Source of the DNA: an uncultured Chloroflexia bacterium
Lineage (GTDB): Bacteria; Chloroflexota; Anaerolineae; CG2-30-64-16
NCBI GenBank assembly: GCA_963810095.1
Contig: CAWEMM010000006.1
Coordinates: 1,024,001 to 1,088,000 of the forward strand
Reading direction: 5' to 3'
Length of the DNA: 64,000 nucleotides
In this document: positions 1-12,417 of the stretch, piece by piece
Position numbering within the stretch: position 1 is the first letter of the stretch
Layout: each line of letters starts with the position of its first letter
Notes under the pieces: generated by a model
The model's database searches: none
What the model was told of the DNA's origin: nothing
The model's input: the letters and a program-made list of their open reading frames with translations, nothing else
Translations under genes and position numbers: made by a program

Positions 1-52
1 GGTTCAGATCACGCGCAAGTAACTGGCAGATCAGTAACGGAGGAATCAAACC

Positions 53-517
53 ATGGCACAGCAGATGACTCAATGGGATCCATTCCGCGAAGCGGTGTCG
101 CTGCGCGAGGCGATGGACCGGCTTTTCGAAGACAGCTTCACGCCGGCCCGCCGCCAGAATAACGGCAGCGAGCGAGTGTTCCGCCTGCCGCTGGATGCGT
201 ACGTGACGGCAGACGAGATCATCGTCCTGGCTAACATGCCGGGGGTGAAGCCAGAAGAGGTTGAGATCACCATCGAAGGCGATACGCTGACGATCCGTGG
301 CGAGCGGCCCCGCCCGCTCGAGAACGTCGACTACGTGATGCAGGAGCGGCCGTTCGGCAAGTTCCAACGGACGCTGAACATCAACATCCCGGTCGACGCG
401 AACCGGGCCGAGGCCCGTTACGATAACGGGCTGCTGACGCTGGTCATTCCCAAGGCAGAGGCTGCCAAGCCGCGGGTCATTCAGGTGGCCACCAAGCAGT
501 CGCAGCCCCAGGGCTAG
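53..517 (+). CDS. Hsp20/alpha-crystallin small heat shock protein
   Basis: WDPFREAVSLREAMDRLF N-terminus; PLDAY..MPGV..ITIEGDTLTIRGER, ERPFGKFQR and A.YDNGLLTL.IPK motifs; GGAGG RBS. Confidence 0.95.
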   Translation: MAQQMTQWDPFREAVSLREAMDRLFEDSFTPARRQNNGSERVFRLPLDAYVTADEIIVLANMPGVKPEEVEITIEGDTLTIRGERPRPLENVDYVMQERPFGKFQRTLNINIPVDANRAEARYDNGLLTLVIPKAEAAKPRVIQVATKQSQPQG

Positions 518-558
518 GCGCGAATCAAGGTTGAGGGATTGCAGGATTGGCGGATTGC

Positions 559-594
559 AGGGCGGGAGCATCTTCGAGGTGCTCCCGCCCTTTT
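559..594 (+). terminator. Intrinsic terminator after hsp20
   Basis: GGGCGGGAGCA...TGCTCCCGCCC hairpin followed by TTTT, between convergent genes. Confidence 0.8.
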
Positions 595-613
595 CGCGTG
601 TGTATCAGGCGAG

Positions 614-1063
614 CTAAACCGGCGCCCCCTGCAGCGCTGCGATCTTCGCGGCGATCTCTGCCGGCACCGGCTGGCTGGTCGCGGTGCCGTAGTCGTACCA
701 CACCTGCGTGCTGCAGCCCTCGGCCAGGAGCCGCCTGGTCCGCTCGTCCTTCATCCGGTACTGGAACACGAAGCTCTTGCGCCCCACCTGCGACACCCAC
801 ACCTCGATCACCGGCCGGTCTTCCAGCGTCACGGGCGAGCGGTACTGGCACTGCACCTCTGCCAGGATGAACTGGAAGTCCACCGGCAGCAGCGTTTGCG
901 AGTCGATCGCCGCATCCGGCCCCATCAACTCGCGGATATACGCCAGGCGGGCATACTCGAAGAAGGTGATGAATACGGCATTGTTCACGTGCCCCAGCGC
1001 GTCGAGATCGCGCCAGCGGATCTGGATGGGGACACGCACAGGAGTTGGAACGGGATCAGGCAT
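614..1063 (-). CDS. Acyl-CoA thioesterase (4HBT/YbgC hot-dog family)
   Basis: RWRDLDALGHVNNAVFITFFEYAR signature; VGRKSF. Confidence 0.92.
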   Translation of the reverse strand: MPDPVPTPVRVPIQIRWRDLDALGHVNNAVFITFFEYARLAYIRELMGPDAAIDSQTLLPVDFQFILAEVQCQYRSPVTLEDRPVIEVWVSQVGRKSFVFQYRMKDERTRRLLAEGCSTQVWYDYGTATSQPVPAEIAAKIAALQGAPV

Positions 1064-1232
1064 GCGAACGTCTCCGCATATAGGTGAAAGGAGAACTTTC
1101 CGCTAATCACGGCGTTCTTAGCACATCTCGTGCCACAGAGCACAAGCCAGCACACTATCGCACGTTCCCCAGCCACTGTCAAAAGAGCCATCCGCGGGTG
1201 CCCGTACACGGGCCCCTGTCTGCGCCGACCTT

Positions 1233-1262
1233 TTGGCAGTTCATCCCCGGGCGTGGTAAAAT
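1233..1262 (+). promoter_or_regulatory. Sigma70-type promoter for the wzz/cpsD operon
   Basis: TTGGCA-N18-TAAAAT with extended -10 TG, about 19 nt before the ATG; AGGAG RBS. Confidence 0.5.
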
Positions 1263-1280
1263 GAGGCAGAAGGAGTCTTC

Positions 1281-2021
1281 ATGGATTTACGCGCGTACCT
1301 CAGCATCCTTAAGCGCCGCGGTTGGATCATCCTCGTCACAGCCCTGCTTGCCATGGTTCTCGCCGGCGCCTTGAGCATCGTCCAGACGAAGACCTATCGA
1401 GCGAGTGCGCGCATCAGCGCGGTGCCCGCGCGGCCAGACTGGGGCTTGGGTTCCAGTGCGAAAGACCTCCTCCGCAGCTTCGTCCTGAACATTAATACGC
1501 ACGACATGGCGAATCAGGTCATCTCGGCCGCCAACCTCGACATGAGCTCCTACGACCTGCTGGCCAAGCTGACCGTCAGCGCCGAGCCGGAAAACTTCGC
1601 GATCCGCATCGACGCGGTGGACGAGGACCCCCAGGTGGCGGCCAAAATCGTGCTGACGATGGCCGAGTTGTATGTCAACCAACGCACGTCCTACTACAAT
1701 ACCCTCGACAAGGATAACCGCATCGAGGTTAAGCTGGTCGACACGGTGATCGACGCGCCGCTCTACCGGCCGAACATCAAGATGAACCTGGTTGCCGGCG
1801 CGGCCCTCGGCGCCCTCATCGGCGCCCTGATCGTGCTCCTGCTCGAGTGGATGGCGGCAGACGTGCTCGCGACCCCCGAACACGTGCAGCGGGTCACCGG
1901 CCTGCCCATCCTCGGTGCGATCCCGATCCAGCGCAAGCATTCAGCGGGAGCAGACGCCCGCACCTCGGCCGCGCCCGCCGCGCGTACCAAAGACGTCGCG
2001 CGTACGAAGGAAAGTGTATGA
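1281..2021 (+). CDS. Wzz/CpsC-type polysaccharide chain-length determinant (BY-kinase activator)
   Basis: MDLRAYLSILKRRGWII..TM..YRASARI; second TM helix; GLPILGAIP tail. Confidence 0.9.
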   Translation: MDLRAYLSILKRRGWIILVTALLAMVLAGALSIVQTKTYRASARISAVPARPDWGLGSSAKDLLRSFVLNINTHDMANQVISAANLDMSSYDLLAKLTVSAEPENFAIRIDAVDEDPQVAAKIVLTMAELYVNQRTSYYNTLDKDNRIEVKLVDTVIDAPLYRPNIKMNLVAGAALGALIGALIVLLLEWMAADVLATPEHVQRVTGLPILGAIPIQRKHSAGADARTSAAPAARTKDVARTKESV

Positions 2022-2677
2022 CGACCCTCAACCTGGCAACCCTGGCCGAACCGAACGCTCCGGTTGCGGAGGCATACCGCCGTCTGCGTGTCAACCTGGT
2101 ATCCGCCGGAAAAGAGCAGGCGCTCCGAACCGTGCTGGTCGCTGCCGCGGGTCCTTCGAAGGACAAGCCCCAGGTGGTGGCCAACCTGGCCGTCGCCTTT
2201 GCCAAAGTGGGCCAGCGTGTCATCATTGTGGATTGCGACCTGCGCCATCCCGGCCAGCATCTCATTTTTGGCATGAATGCCAATACGGGTGTGACGACGG
2301 CAGTGAAAGACGAAAAAGCTCCTCTGCCGTTGCAGGCCACCGAGGTGCCCGGCCTGCAGCTGCTCCCGGCCGGCCCGCGGATCGACGTGCCGTCTGACCT
2401 GTTGGCATCGCCGGCCATGGGGCGCCTGGTGCAGAGACTTGCAAGCGAGGCCGACATTGTGCTTTTCGATGTGCCGCCGGTGACCGTCGCGACGGACGCC
2501 GCGGAGTTAGCCACCCAGGTCGACGGCGTGCTTCTCACCGTAGCAGCCGGCGTGACCAAGCGGGACGAGGCGCAGCGGGCCAAGGAGCTGTTGACGCAGG
2601 TGGGCGCCCGGGTCGTTGGCGTCGCGCTGGTGAACGTGGCGGCGGAAGCGGCAGTGCGCGATTACCTGGCGGGGTAA
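2018..2677 (+). CDS. CpsD/CapB-family BY tyrosine kinase homologue with degenerate Walker A
   Basis: AEAYRRLR.NL, IVDCDLRHP (A'), VLFDVPP (B); ATGA overlap with upstream gene; start corrected from ORF track. Confidence 0.88.
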   Translation: MTTLNLATLAEPNAPVAEAYRRLRVNLVSAGKEQALRTVLVAAAGPSKDKPQVVANLAVAFAKVGQRVIIVDCDLRHPGQHLIFGMNANTGVTTAVKDEKAPLPLQATEVPGLQLLPAGPRIDVPSDLLASPAMGRLVQRLASEADIVLFDVPPVTVATDAAELATQVDGVLLTVAAGVTKRDEAQRAKELLTQVGARVVGVALVNVAAEAAVRDYLAG

Positions 2678-2696
2678 CTGCCTCGCCCCTTGCGCG

Positions 2697-2741
2697 CCCC
2701 CTCTCCCGGTCGGTGGAGAGGAGCAGAGCCAGGGGGAGAGG
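2697..2741. repeat. CCCCTCTCC..GGAGAGG-type intergenic palindrome (REP-like)
   Basis: CCCCCTCTCCC..GGAGAGG..GGGGGAGAGG in intergenic spacer. Confidence 0.45.
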
Positions 2742-2794
2742 TCCGAGGGCGGGTTGATATCAACTCGCCCTTTGCTTTGGGAGAGGTGACGTCG

Positions 2795-3838
2795 ATGAAA
2801 AACATCATGGTGACCGGAGGCGCCGGGTTTATCGGTTCCAATTTTGTCCGCTACATGCTCGGGCAGCATGCGGATTACCGCGTCCTGGTCTATGACAAGA
2901 TGACCTACGCGGGCAACCCCGACAACCTGCTCGACGTGACCGCCCTCAATGGCACCGGCGACCCGCGTTACAGCTTTGTCAAAGGCGACATCTGCGATGC
3001 CGCCGCGGTCACAGATGCGATTGGCGCCTACAACATCGATACCATCGTCAACTTCGCGGCCGAGACTCATGTCGACCGCTCGATCATGGACCCCGACGCC
3101 TTCATCCAGACGGACGTTTACGGGACCTACGTGCTGCTCGAAGCCGCGCGCAAACTCAAGCTGGAGCGTTACCACCAGATTTCGACCGACGAAGTCTACG
3201 GGCATATCCACGGCGACCACCGGTCACTGGAGACCGACGCGGTCGCCCCGCGCAGCCCGTATGCCGCCAGCAAGACCAGCGGCGATCTGCTGGTGATTGC
3301 CTATTACGTCACCTACGGTTTGCCCGTCACGCTGACCCGGGGCGCGAACAATATCGGGCCCTACCAGTACCCCGAGAAGGTCATCCCCCTGTTTGTAACG
3401 AACGCCATTGACAACCTGCCGCTCCCTGTATACGGTGACGGGAAGCAGCGCCGCGATTACCAGTATGTGATGGACCACTGCGAAGGCATCGACGTGGTGC
3501 TCCACAAGGGACAATTGGGCGAAATCTACAACGTGGGCACGGGCGGCGAGATGGAAAACCTCCGCATGGTGGAGATCCTGCTCGATGAGCTGGGCAAACC
3601 GGCGTCGCTCATTCAGCATGTCGAGGATCGCCCCGGTCACGACCGGCGTTACTGCCTCAACGTGGACAAGCTCAAGACGTTGGGCTGGGAGCCCCGTCAC
3701 ACCCACGAAGAAGCCATCCGCAAAACCGTGCGCTGGTACGTGGACAACGAGTGGTGGTGGCGCAAGATCAAGTCCGGAGAGTTCAAGGAGTACTACCGGC
3801 GGCTGTACGGCGACCGGAAGGTCATTAATCCGGCGTAG
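2795..3838 (+). CDS. rfbB: dTDP-glucose 4,6-dehydratase
   Basis: VTGGAGFIGSNF, DKMTYAGN, FAAETHVDRSI, ISTDEVYG, PYAASK, DRPGHDRRY; GAGGTG RBS before ATG 2795. Confidence 0.96.
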   Translation: MKNIMVTGGAGFIGSNFVRYMLGQHADYRVLVYDKMTYAGNPDNLLDVTALNGTGDPRYSFVKGDICDAAAVTDAIGAYNIDTIVNFAAETHVDRSIMDPDAFIQTDVYGTYVLLEAARKLKLERYHQISTDEVYGHIHGDHRSLETDAVAPRSPYAASKTSGDLLVIAYYVTYGLPVTLTRGANNIGPYQYPEKVIPLFVTNAIDNLPLPVYGDGKQRRDYQYVMDHCEGIDVVLHKGQLGEIYNVGTGGEMENLRMVEILLDELGKPASLIQHVEDRPGHDRRYCLNVDKLKTLGWEPRHTHEEAIRKTVRWYVDNEWWWRKIKSGEFKEYYRRLYGDRKVINPA

Positions 3839-3863
3839 GCCAGGGCGGGTCAGGAGGGCGAGC

Positions 3864-4844
3864 ATGTCATTCAAGATGTACGGCGACCTGATGGTGTTCA
3901 GTGGCACGGCCAACCTGAACCTGGCGCGCGAAATCGGTGCGCGGCTGGGCGTCACGCTGGGCGGACGCGAGATAAAGCAGTTTCCGAACAGCAACACGTT
4001 CGTTAAGCTGGAACAAAGCGTGCGGGCCAAAGACGTTTTCGTGATTCAACCCACGTCCGCGCCGGTCAACGACAACCTGATGGAACTGCTCATCTTCATC
4101 GACACCCTGCGCCGCGATTCCGCCGGCCGCATTACCGCGGTCATTCCCTATTACGGCTACGGCAGGACCGACAAGAAGGACCAGCCGCGGGTGCCCATCA
4201 GCGCACGCCTGGTGGCCGATCTGATCGCCACCGCCGGTGCGGACCGCGTGGTCTCGGTCGACCTGCACGCCAAGCAGCTCCAGGGTTTTTTCTCGATCCC
4301 GATCGACGAACTGCCCGCGCTGGGTCTGTTCATCGACCATTTCAAGAAGCATCCCGTGCCCAATGCGGTGGTCGTCTCGCCCGACATCGGCGCGTTGGCC
4401 CGGGCGCGGAACTTCGCCGAGAAAACGGATCTACCGCTCGCCGTCATCGAGAAACGCCGTATCCTCAGCGGGGAGTACACGGAGATCTGGAACCTCATCG
4501 GCGACGTGGACAATAAGAACGTGATCATCGTCGACGATGAGATCGACACGGCAGGCACCCTCGTCAGGGCGGTCAATTTCATCAAGGATCAGGGCGCACT
4601 GGATGTGTGGGCATGCGCGACACACGCCGTTTTCTCCGGCCCGGCCGTCGAGAACATCCGCAACAGCGGGCTGTGCAAAGTGGTCGTCACCGACACAGTC
4701 GCGCTTTCGCCAGATAAGTGCCGGCGCTTGGCTGGGCAGGTCGAAGTGATCCCCGTCGCGCCGTTGATCGCTGATGTCATCTCGCGCATCCACGACGGGC
4801 GCTCGGTCGGCGAGTTGTTCGAAAGCGTAGAAAGACGGACTTAG
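3864..4844 (+). CDS. prs: Ribose-phosphate pyrophosphokinase
   Basis: [47 protein letters not shown]; GGAGG RBS. Confidence 0.96.
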   Translation: MSFKMYGDLMVFSGTANLNLAREIGARLGVTLGGREIKQFPNSNTFVKLEQSVRAKDVFVIQPTSAPVNDNLMELLIFIDTLRRDSAGRITAVIPYYGYGRTDKKDQPRVPISARLVADLIATAGADRVVSVDLHAKQLQGFFSIPIDELPALGLFIDHFKKHPVPNAVVVSPDIGALARARNFAEKTDLPLAVIEKRRILSGEYTEIWNLIGDVDNKNVIIVDDEIDTAGTLVRAVNFIKDQGALDVWACATHAVFSGPAVENIRNSGLCKVVVTDTVALSPDKCRRLAGQVEVIPVAPLIADVISRIHDGRSVGELFESVERRT

Positions 4845-4845
4845 T

Positions 4846-7849
<3,004 letters not shown>

Positions 7850-7864
7850 CAAGAGTTTGGGTTA

Positions 7865-7940
7865 CACCACAAAGACACGAAGACTCAACGGTTGGCAGAG
7901 GACGCTTTTGTGATCTTTGTGTCTTCGTGTCTTTGTGGTG
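7865..7940. repeat. REP-like palindrome, family A (CACAAAGA-periodic arms)
   Basis: CACCACAAAGACACGAAGAC...GTCTTCGTGTCTTTGTGGTG perfect 20-bp inverted repeat. Confidence 0.85.
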
Positions 7941-7978
7941 ACGACCGCAATCACGTCATTCACACAGGGTAGGGAGCC

Positions 7979-9355
7979 ATGCCGCCAAAACCGCGCGAAT
8001 GGATTTATCTGCCACGCCAGGCCGACCTGAGGCGTATCTTCGACGCGGCCTGCGGTATGGACTGTCTCTCGGTGGTCGGTGTCAGCAATTTGGGCAAGTC
8101 GGCAACGCTGCGGGCGCTTTGCGATCCGGGCGTGCAGGCGGAATACCTCGATGGAGACGCGCGTGACTACCTGTTCGTCTACATCGACTTCAACCAGATG
8201 CTGGAGATGAGCGACCAGGCCTTTTACGAGCTGGTGCTGCGCGCGTCGATCGAGTCGATCCGGGCGCAGAACATCAACGGCGAGGTGCTCCAGCAAGTCG
8301 AACGGGCCTACTACGGGCTGGTCGCGCCGACCAGCCCGTTCGAGGTACCGCTCAAGTTCAGCCAGGGCATGGCGGCCATCGGCGACCAGTTGGTGCAGAA
8401 AGTAGTGTTCCTGTTTGACGAGGTCGACGGCCCGGTTGCGGGCATCGACGGCCGGGTGTTCCTCAACCTGCGCGCCTTGCACGACCGCCACCCCACCGGG
8501 CTGACCTACGTCACCGCTACCAACCGCCGGCTCGAGCAGATCCGCCAGGACCCTGATGTTGCCGAGTTCGCAGAGCTATTCGAACAAGACACGCTATACC
8601 TCTCCATGCTGAACGAGGTCGAAATCAGGCAGCTCGCGACACGGTATGCGCAGGAAGAAGGCGTGACCTTCAGCGAAGAGGACCTTAAGTTTATCCGGGT
8701 GTGGACCGGGGGACACCCGGCGCTCCTCGAAATGACGTGCCGCATCCTCGGCCTGCTGACCGGCAGGCCGGTGCGCGAACCTTCGCAGGATTCGATCATT
8801 CACCGCCGCGCAACCGAGATGCTCGCCCAGGACCTGAACGTGTTGGGCGAGTGCCGCAAGATCTGGAACGATCTTTCCGAAGGCGAACAAGAAGCCCTGC
8901 TGGCAGTTGCCGCGAGCAGCGAAGGTGTGCGGGGAACCGGCTTCGACAGCGTGCTAGCCAAGCACCTGGTGGTGATGAACGGCGTCGACGCCACGATCTT
9001 CTCGCGCTGTTTCGCCGAGTTCGTCGGCCGGCAGAACGTGTCTCGCCGCACCACCAGCCAGGCCTTGCGGGTCGATCCAGACAGCGGCGAGGTATGGGTG
9101 AGCGGCGTCAAGCTGCCGACGCTCACCAACCTGGAGTACCGCCTGCTGCTGCTGCTATACGGCAAGATCGGCAAGATCGTGGACAAGTACCAGGTGGTCG
9201 AAGCCGTGTGGGGTGAGGACTACATCGACGACGTCGACGACGCCCGCATCGAGAAACTCATCAGCCGGCTCCGGCAAAAGATCGAGAAGGACCCGGCCAA
9301 CCCGAAGTATCTTTTCACCGTGCGCGGGCGGGGGTATAAGCTCGCCGAAGGCTAG
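7979..9355 (+). CDS. STAND-like P-loop NTPase fused to C-terminal OmpR/PhoB-type winged-helix DNA-binding domain (putative transcriptional regulator)
   Basis: Walker A GVSNLGKS, Walker B VVFLFDEVD, GGHP motif; C-terminal LTNLEYRLL..AVWG..ISRLRQKIEKDPANPKYLFTVRGRGYKL. Confidence 0.85.
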   Translation: MPPKPREWIYLPRQADLRRIFDAACGMDCLSVVGVSNLGKSATLRALCDPGVQAEYLDGDARDYLFVYIDFNQMLEMSDQAFYELVLRASIESIRAQNINGEVLQQVERAYYGLVAPTSPFEVPLKFSQGMAAIGDQLVQKVVFLFDEVDGPVAGIDGRVFLNLRALHDRHPTGLTYVTATNRRLEQIRQDPDVAEFAELFEQDTLYLSMLNEVEIRQLATRYAQEEGVTFSEEDLKFIRVWTGGHPALLEMTCRILGLLTGRPVREPSQDSIIHRRATEMLAQDLNVLGECRKIWNDLSEGEQEALLAVAASSEGVRGTGFDSVLAKHLVVMNGVDATIFSRCFAEFVGRQNVSRRTTSQALRVDPDSGEVWVSGVKLPTLTNLEYRLLLLLYGKIGKIVDKYQVVEAVWGEDYIDDVDDARIEKLISRLRQKIEKDPANPKYLFTVRGRGYKLAEG

Positions 9356-9393
9356 TTGCCTTGCCACAAAGCAGGGCTTAAGATGGTACAATG

Positions 9394-9441
9394 CGCCGGC
9401 AGGCCGCGAAAGGGTCGCGAAACCTGCCGGCGTTTGTTTTC
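9394..9441 (+). terminator. Terminator-like hairpin between regulator and pspA
   Basis: CGCCGGCAGG...CCTGCCGGCG followed by TTTGTTTT. Confidence 0.65.
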
Positions 9442-9566
9442 GTACTAGACGCTGATAGATCGCTTGTCAGTTTTCTGTCCGCCGCCGGTCAAGCGCGGGC
9501 AGGCGAACCGGCTTATCATCCCAACCATAGGCTCTAGAGTCCATTTCGATCCCAGGAGGCGTACGC

Positions 9567-10256
9567 ATGGCAACCCTTCTCGACAAGGTACAAACTCTGA
9601 TTTCGGCCAACCTGCATTACCTGGTTGACCAGTCACTTAAGCAAAACTCGATCGCGGTCATCAATCAATATATCCGCGAAGTCGAGAACAACCTGGACGA
9701 CCTGACCGAGGCCACGGCAACCGTGGGCGGCAACGTCAAGACCGTGCGTCGCAAGTACGAGGAACTCCAGGCTAAGTCGGCCGAGCTCGACCGCAATATC
9801 GACCTGTTCCTCCGCGAAGGCCGCGAGGACCTGGCGCGGGCCGCGCAGAGCAAGTACAACTCGACGCAGCGCCTGACTGAGACCTACGCGCAGCAGCTCG
9901 AACAGATGCAGCGCGAGTACCAGAATCTCATCGACGCCCGCCTCAAGCTCGAAGCCAAGCTGACCACCATCAAGCAGGAGCGCGAGGAGCTCGAAGCCCT
10001 GCTCGAGCTGGCGAAGTCGAAGGAAATCACCGCCAAGACGATCAAGTCGCTCGACGACCTGTCGGGCGTGGGCGACGCCGACGTGGCCCGCATTGCAGAC
10101 TCCATCCGCCAGCGCCTGGACCGGGCCTCGGCCGAGAGCGAGATGCGCGCGGCCAGCCTGGATAAGCAGATGGACGACGTGCTCGACAAGGGCGAACTCG
10201 ACGGCCAGTTGGCATCCCGCAAGGCGCGCCTCGGGCTCCAACAGAAGGCCGGCTAA
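9567..10256 (+). CDS. pspA: PspA/IM30 (ESCRT-III-like) family protein, paralogue 1
   Basis: Amphipathic N-terminus MATLLDKVQTLISANL, GREDLARAA motif, long coiled coil, C-terminal LASRKARLG; AGGAGG RBS. Confidence 0.9.
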   Translation: MATLLDKVQTLISANLHYLVDQSLKQNSIAVINQYIREVENNLDDLTEATATVGGNVKTVRRKYEELQAKSAELDRNIDLFLREGREDLARAAQSKYNSTQRLTETYAQQLEQMQREYQNLIDARLKLEAKLTTIKQEREELEALLELAKSKEITAKTIKSLDDLSGVGDADVARIADSIRQRLDRASAESEMRAASLDKQMDDVLDKGELDGQLASRKARLGLQQKAG

Positions 10257-10313
10257 GGAGCGCGCAGACAAACCAGTTTTCTCCGATGAAACCTGGTTTG
10301 TGAAGGAGCAGCT

Positions 10314-10997
10314 ATGGCATCTCTCTTAGAAAAAGTCCGGGTGTTGGTCTCTGCGGACATGAATCGTCTCGTCGACCGCGGGCTCGGTGGGACAAGCCAG
10401 GAGGCTTTGTACCAGCACCATGTTCGCGAGCTGCAAACGCTGCAGGAACAGCTTGCCGGCCAGCTCGTATCGCTGCGGGCCGAGCTTAACCAGATGCAGA
10501 AACGCAGCGCGGAGCAGCAGGCCCTGGTGGCGAAGCAAGACGCGGAGGTCGATCAACTCCTGCAGGCCGGGCTTCAGGATGATGCGCTTGCCGCGCAGGA
10601 CCGGCTGAACCAGAGCCGCACGGCCGCGGCCGATGCCGCGGGCCGGGTGGAGCGGTTGGAAGCCGAGTACAAGGAAATGGCCGACACGAAGGCCCAGCTC
10701 GACCTGCGGATCGACACCCTTGTCCGGAACGAGCCCGAAGTCAGGAGCATGCTCGGGCTCGCCCGCGCCAAGCAGCTCACGGCCGCCGCACGGCAGTCGC
10801 TCGACGACCTGTCGGGCACGGGGGACCCGGACGCGGAACGGGTAGTGGGCGCCATCCGGACCCGCTTGGCCGAGGCCGAGGCCCAGCTGCAGGAACTTGA
10901 GCAGCGCGGGCTGGCCCACGGCGAAACCCCCGACGTGCTGAAACGTAAAGAACTAGAGGCGCAGCTGGAAGCGCGGAAGACGCGGCTGGGCCTGTAA
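10314..10997 (+). CDS. PspA/IM30 family protein, divergent paralogue 2
   Basis: MASLLEKVRVLVSADM, GLQDDALAA; shares SLDDLSG.GD.D..R....IR.RL and terminal RK.RLGL with paralogue 1. Confidence 0.82.
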   Translation: MASLLEKVRVLVSADMNRLVDRGLGGTSQEALYQHHVRELQTLQEQLAGQLVSLRAELNQMQKRSAEQQALVAKQDAEVDQLLQAGLQDDALAAQDRLNQSRTAAADAAGRVERLEAEYKEMADTKAQLDLRIDTLVRNEPEVRSMLGLARAKQLTAAARQSLDDLSGTGDPDAERVVGAIRTRLAEAEAQLQELEQRGLAHGETPDVLKRKELEAQLEARKTRLGL

Positions 10998-11069
10998 CTC
11001 GAGCTTTACCCGGGCCGGCCGCCGCGGCGGCCGGCCCGGGGGTATCGTGGAGGTTGTGAAGGAGACCCT

Positions 11070-12416
11070 ATGTCCCTTGCACCCATTATTGTCGCACTCG
11101 TCCTCGGCGTGGTCGCGCTTGTGGCAGCCATCTATTTCTTTGCCGCAGGCAGCGGCAAGCGCACGCAAGCCGTGTTTTTCCTCGTCGTTGGGCTCGTCCT
11201 GCTGGTCGTCGGCGGCGCGCTCGGCTGGCAGAGCTACAGCCAACAGAATCCGGGCGGCACGGCCGCGCCGTTGATCGCAGCCCCCAAGGGGCCGGTCCAG
11301 GTGCGCGTGCTCTCGGCGCTGCCCGTGGAGCCGTGGGTGCGCGAGGCGGCCAAAGCATTCAACGCGACGAAGCCAACCCAGGATGGTCAGCCGATCGAGG
11401 TCGTGGTGACCGCCCAGGATGGGCTGAGCGCGCTGGGCAAGTTCGACCGCGACGACTTCGGCTCGCTGGGCGACAAGACGCGCGACCAACTGACGCCCGA
11501 CGAGCTCAAGCGCCTGGAGACCACGTTCCCCACCGTCTGGATTCCGGATAGCCGCTACCTGGTGGAGCTGGCAAACGCCTCCTATAAGGAACGCATCGGC
11601 CGCGACGTCTTCCTGACGGATGGCGAGTACCGCGCCCGCCCGACTGCCGTCTCGCTGTTCGTCTGGGGCATCTACCAGAGCCGGGCCAACGTGCTCGAGC
11701 AGAAGTTTGGCGAGATCAACTGGAAGGCGATCCACGACGCGGCCATCGCGAAGGGTGGCTGGCCCGAGCTGGGCGGCGACAAGGGCTGGGGCTTCTTCAA
11801 GCTGGTGGTGCCCAACCCGCGGCGCAATGTGGGCGGTCTCGCCGCCATGATTGCCGCGGCCGGCGAATACTACGGCCGGACAAACATCTCGGTCGACGAT
11901 GTGACCAACCCTGACTTCCAGAAGTGGCTCGGCGAGTTGATGGGCTCGCTGACCGACGTCAGCGGCGCGAGCGCGTACACCGCAGAGGATTTCGCCCTGT
12001 TCGGCTATTCGGCAGGCGACGGCGGGCAGTTGTTGGAGAGCGACCTGCTCAAGAACATGGAGGGCATCCGCACCCGCTGGTCTGACCCGCTGGTGGTGCG
12101 CTACCCCGAATACGTAACGTGGTTCGACTTCCCGTACACGATTTGGGTCGGCCCAGAGACGACCGCGGCCGAGAAGAACGCGGCGCTCCAGTTCCAGCAG
12201 TTCCTGCTGACACCCGAGATGCAGAAGCTGGCGGTGCAGTCGGGTCTGCGGCCGGTGACCAACGACGTAAACGTGACCGAGGGCGACAACCTGTTCACCA
12301 AATGGCAGAGCCAGGGCGTTGCGTCCGTGGTGCCCCGCACCACACGTATGGCCTCGCCGAGCCGTGACGTGCTGCTCGCGCTGCTGCGCTGGTTTGACTT
12401 GAACGTGGGGAAGTGA
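11070..12416 (+). CDS. Membrane-anchored extracellular solute-binding-domain protein (SBP_bac_11-like)
   Basis: Two N-terminal hydrophobic helices; PTVWIPDS, WFDFPY, AALQFQQFLLTPEMQKLAVQSGLRP. Confidence 0.75.
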   Translation: MSLAPIIVALVLGVVALVAAIYFFAAGSGKRTQAVFFLVVGLVLLVVGGALGWQSYSQQNPGGTAAPLIAAPKGPVQVRVLSALPVEPWVREAAKAFNATKPTQDGQPIEVVVTAQDGLSALGKFDRDDFGSLGDKTRDQLTPDELKRLETTFPTVWIPDSRYLVELANASYKERIGRDVFLTDGEYRARPTAVSLFVWGIYQSRANVLEQKFGEINWKAIHDAAIAKGGWPELGGDKGWGFFKLVVPNPRRNVGGLAAMIAAAGEYYGRTNISVDDVTNPDFQKWLGELMGSLTDVSGASAYTAEDFALFGYSAGDGGQLLESDLLKNMEGIRTRWSDPLVVRYPEYVTWFDFPYTIWVGPETTAAEKNAALQFQQFLLTPEMQKLAVQSGLRPVTNDVNVTEGDNLFTKWQSQGVASVVPRTTRMASPSRDVLLALLRWFDLNVGK

Positions 12417-12417
12417 C

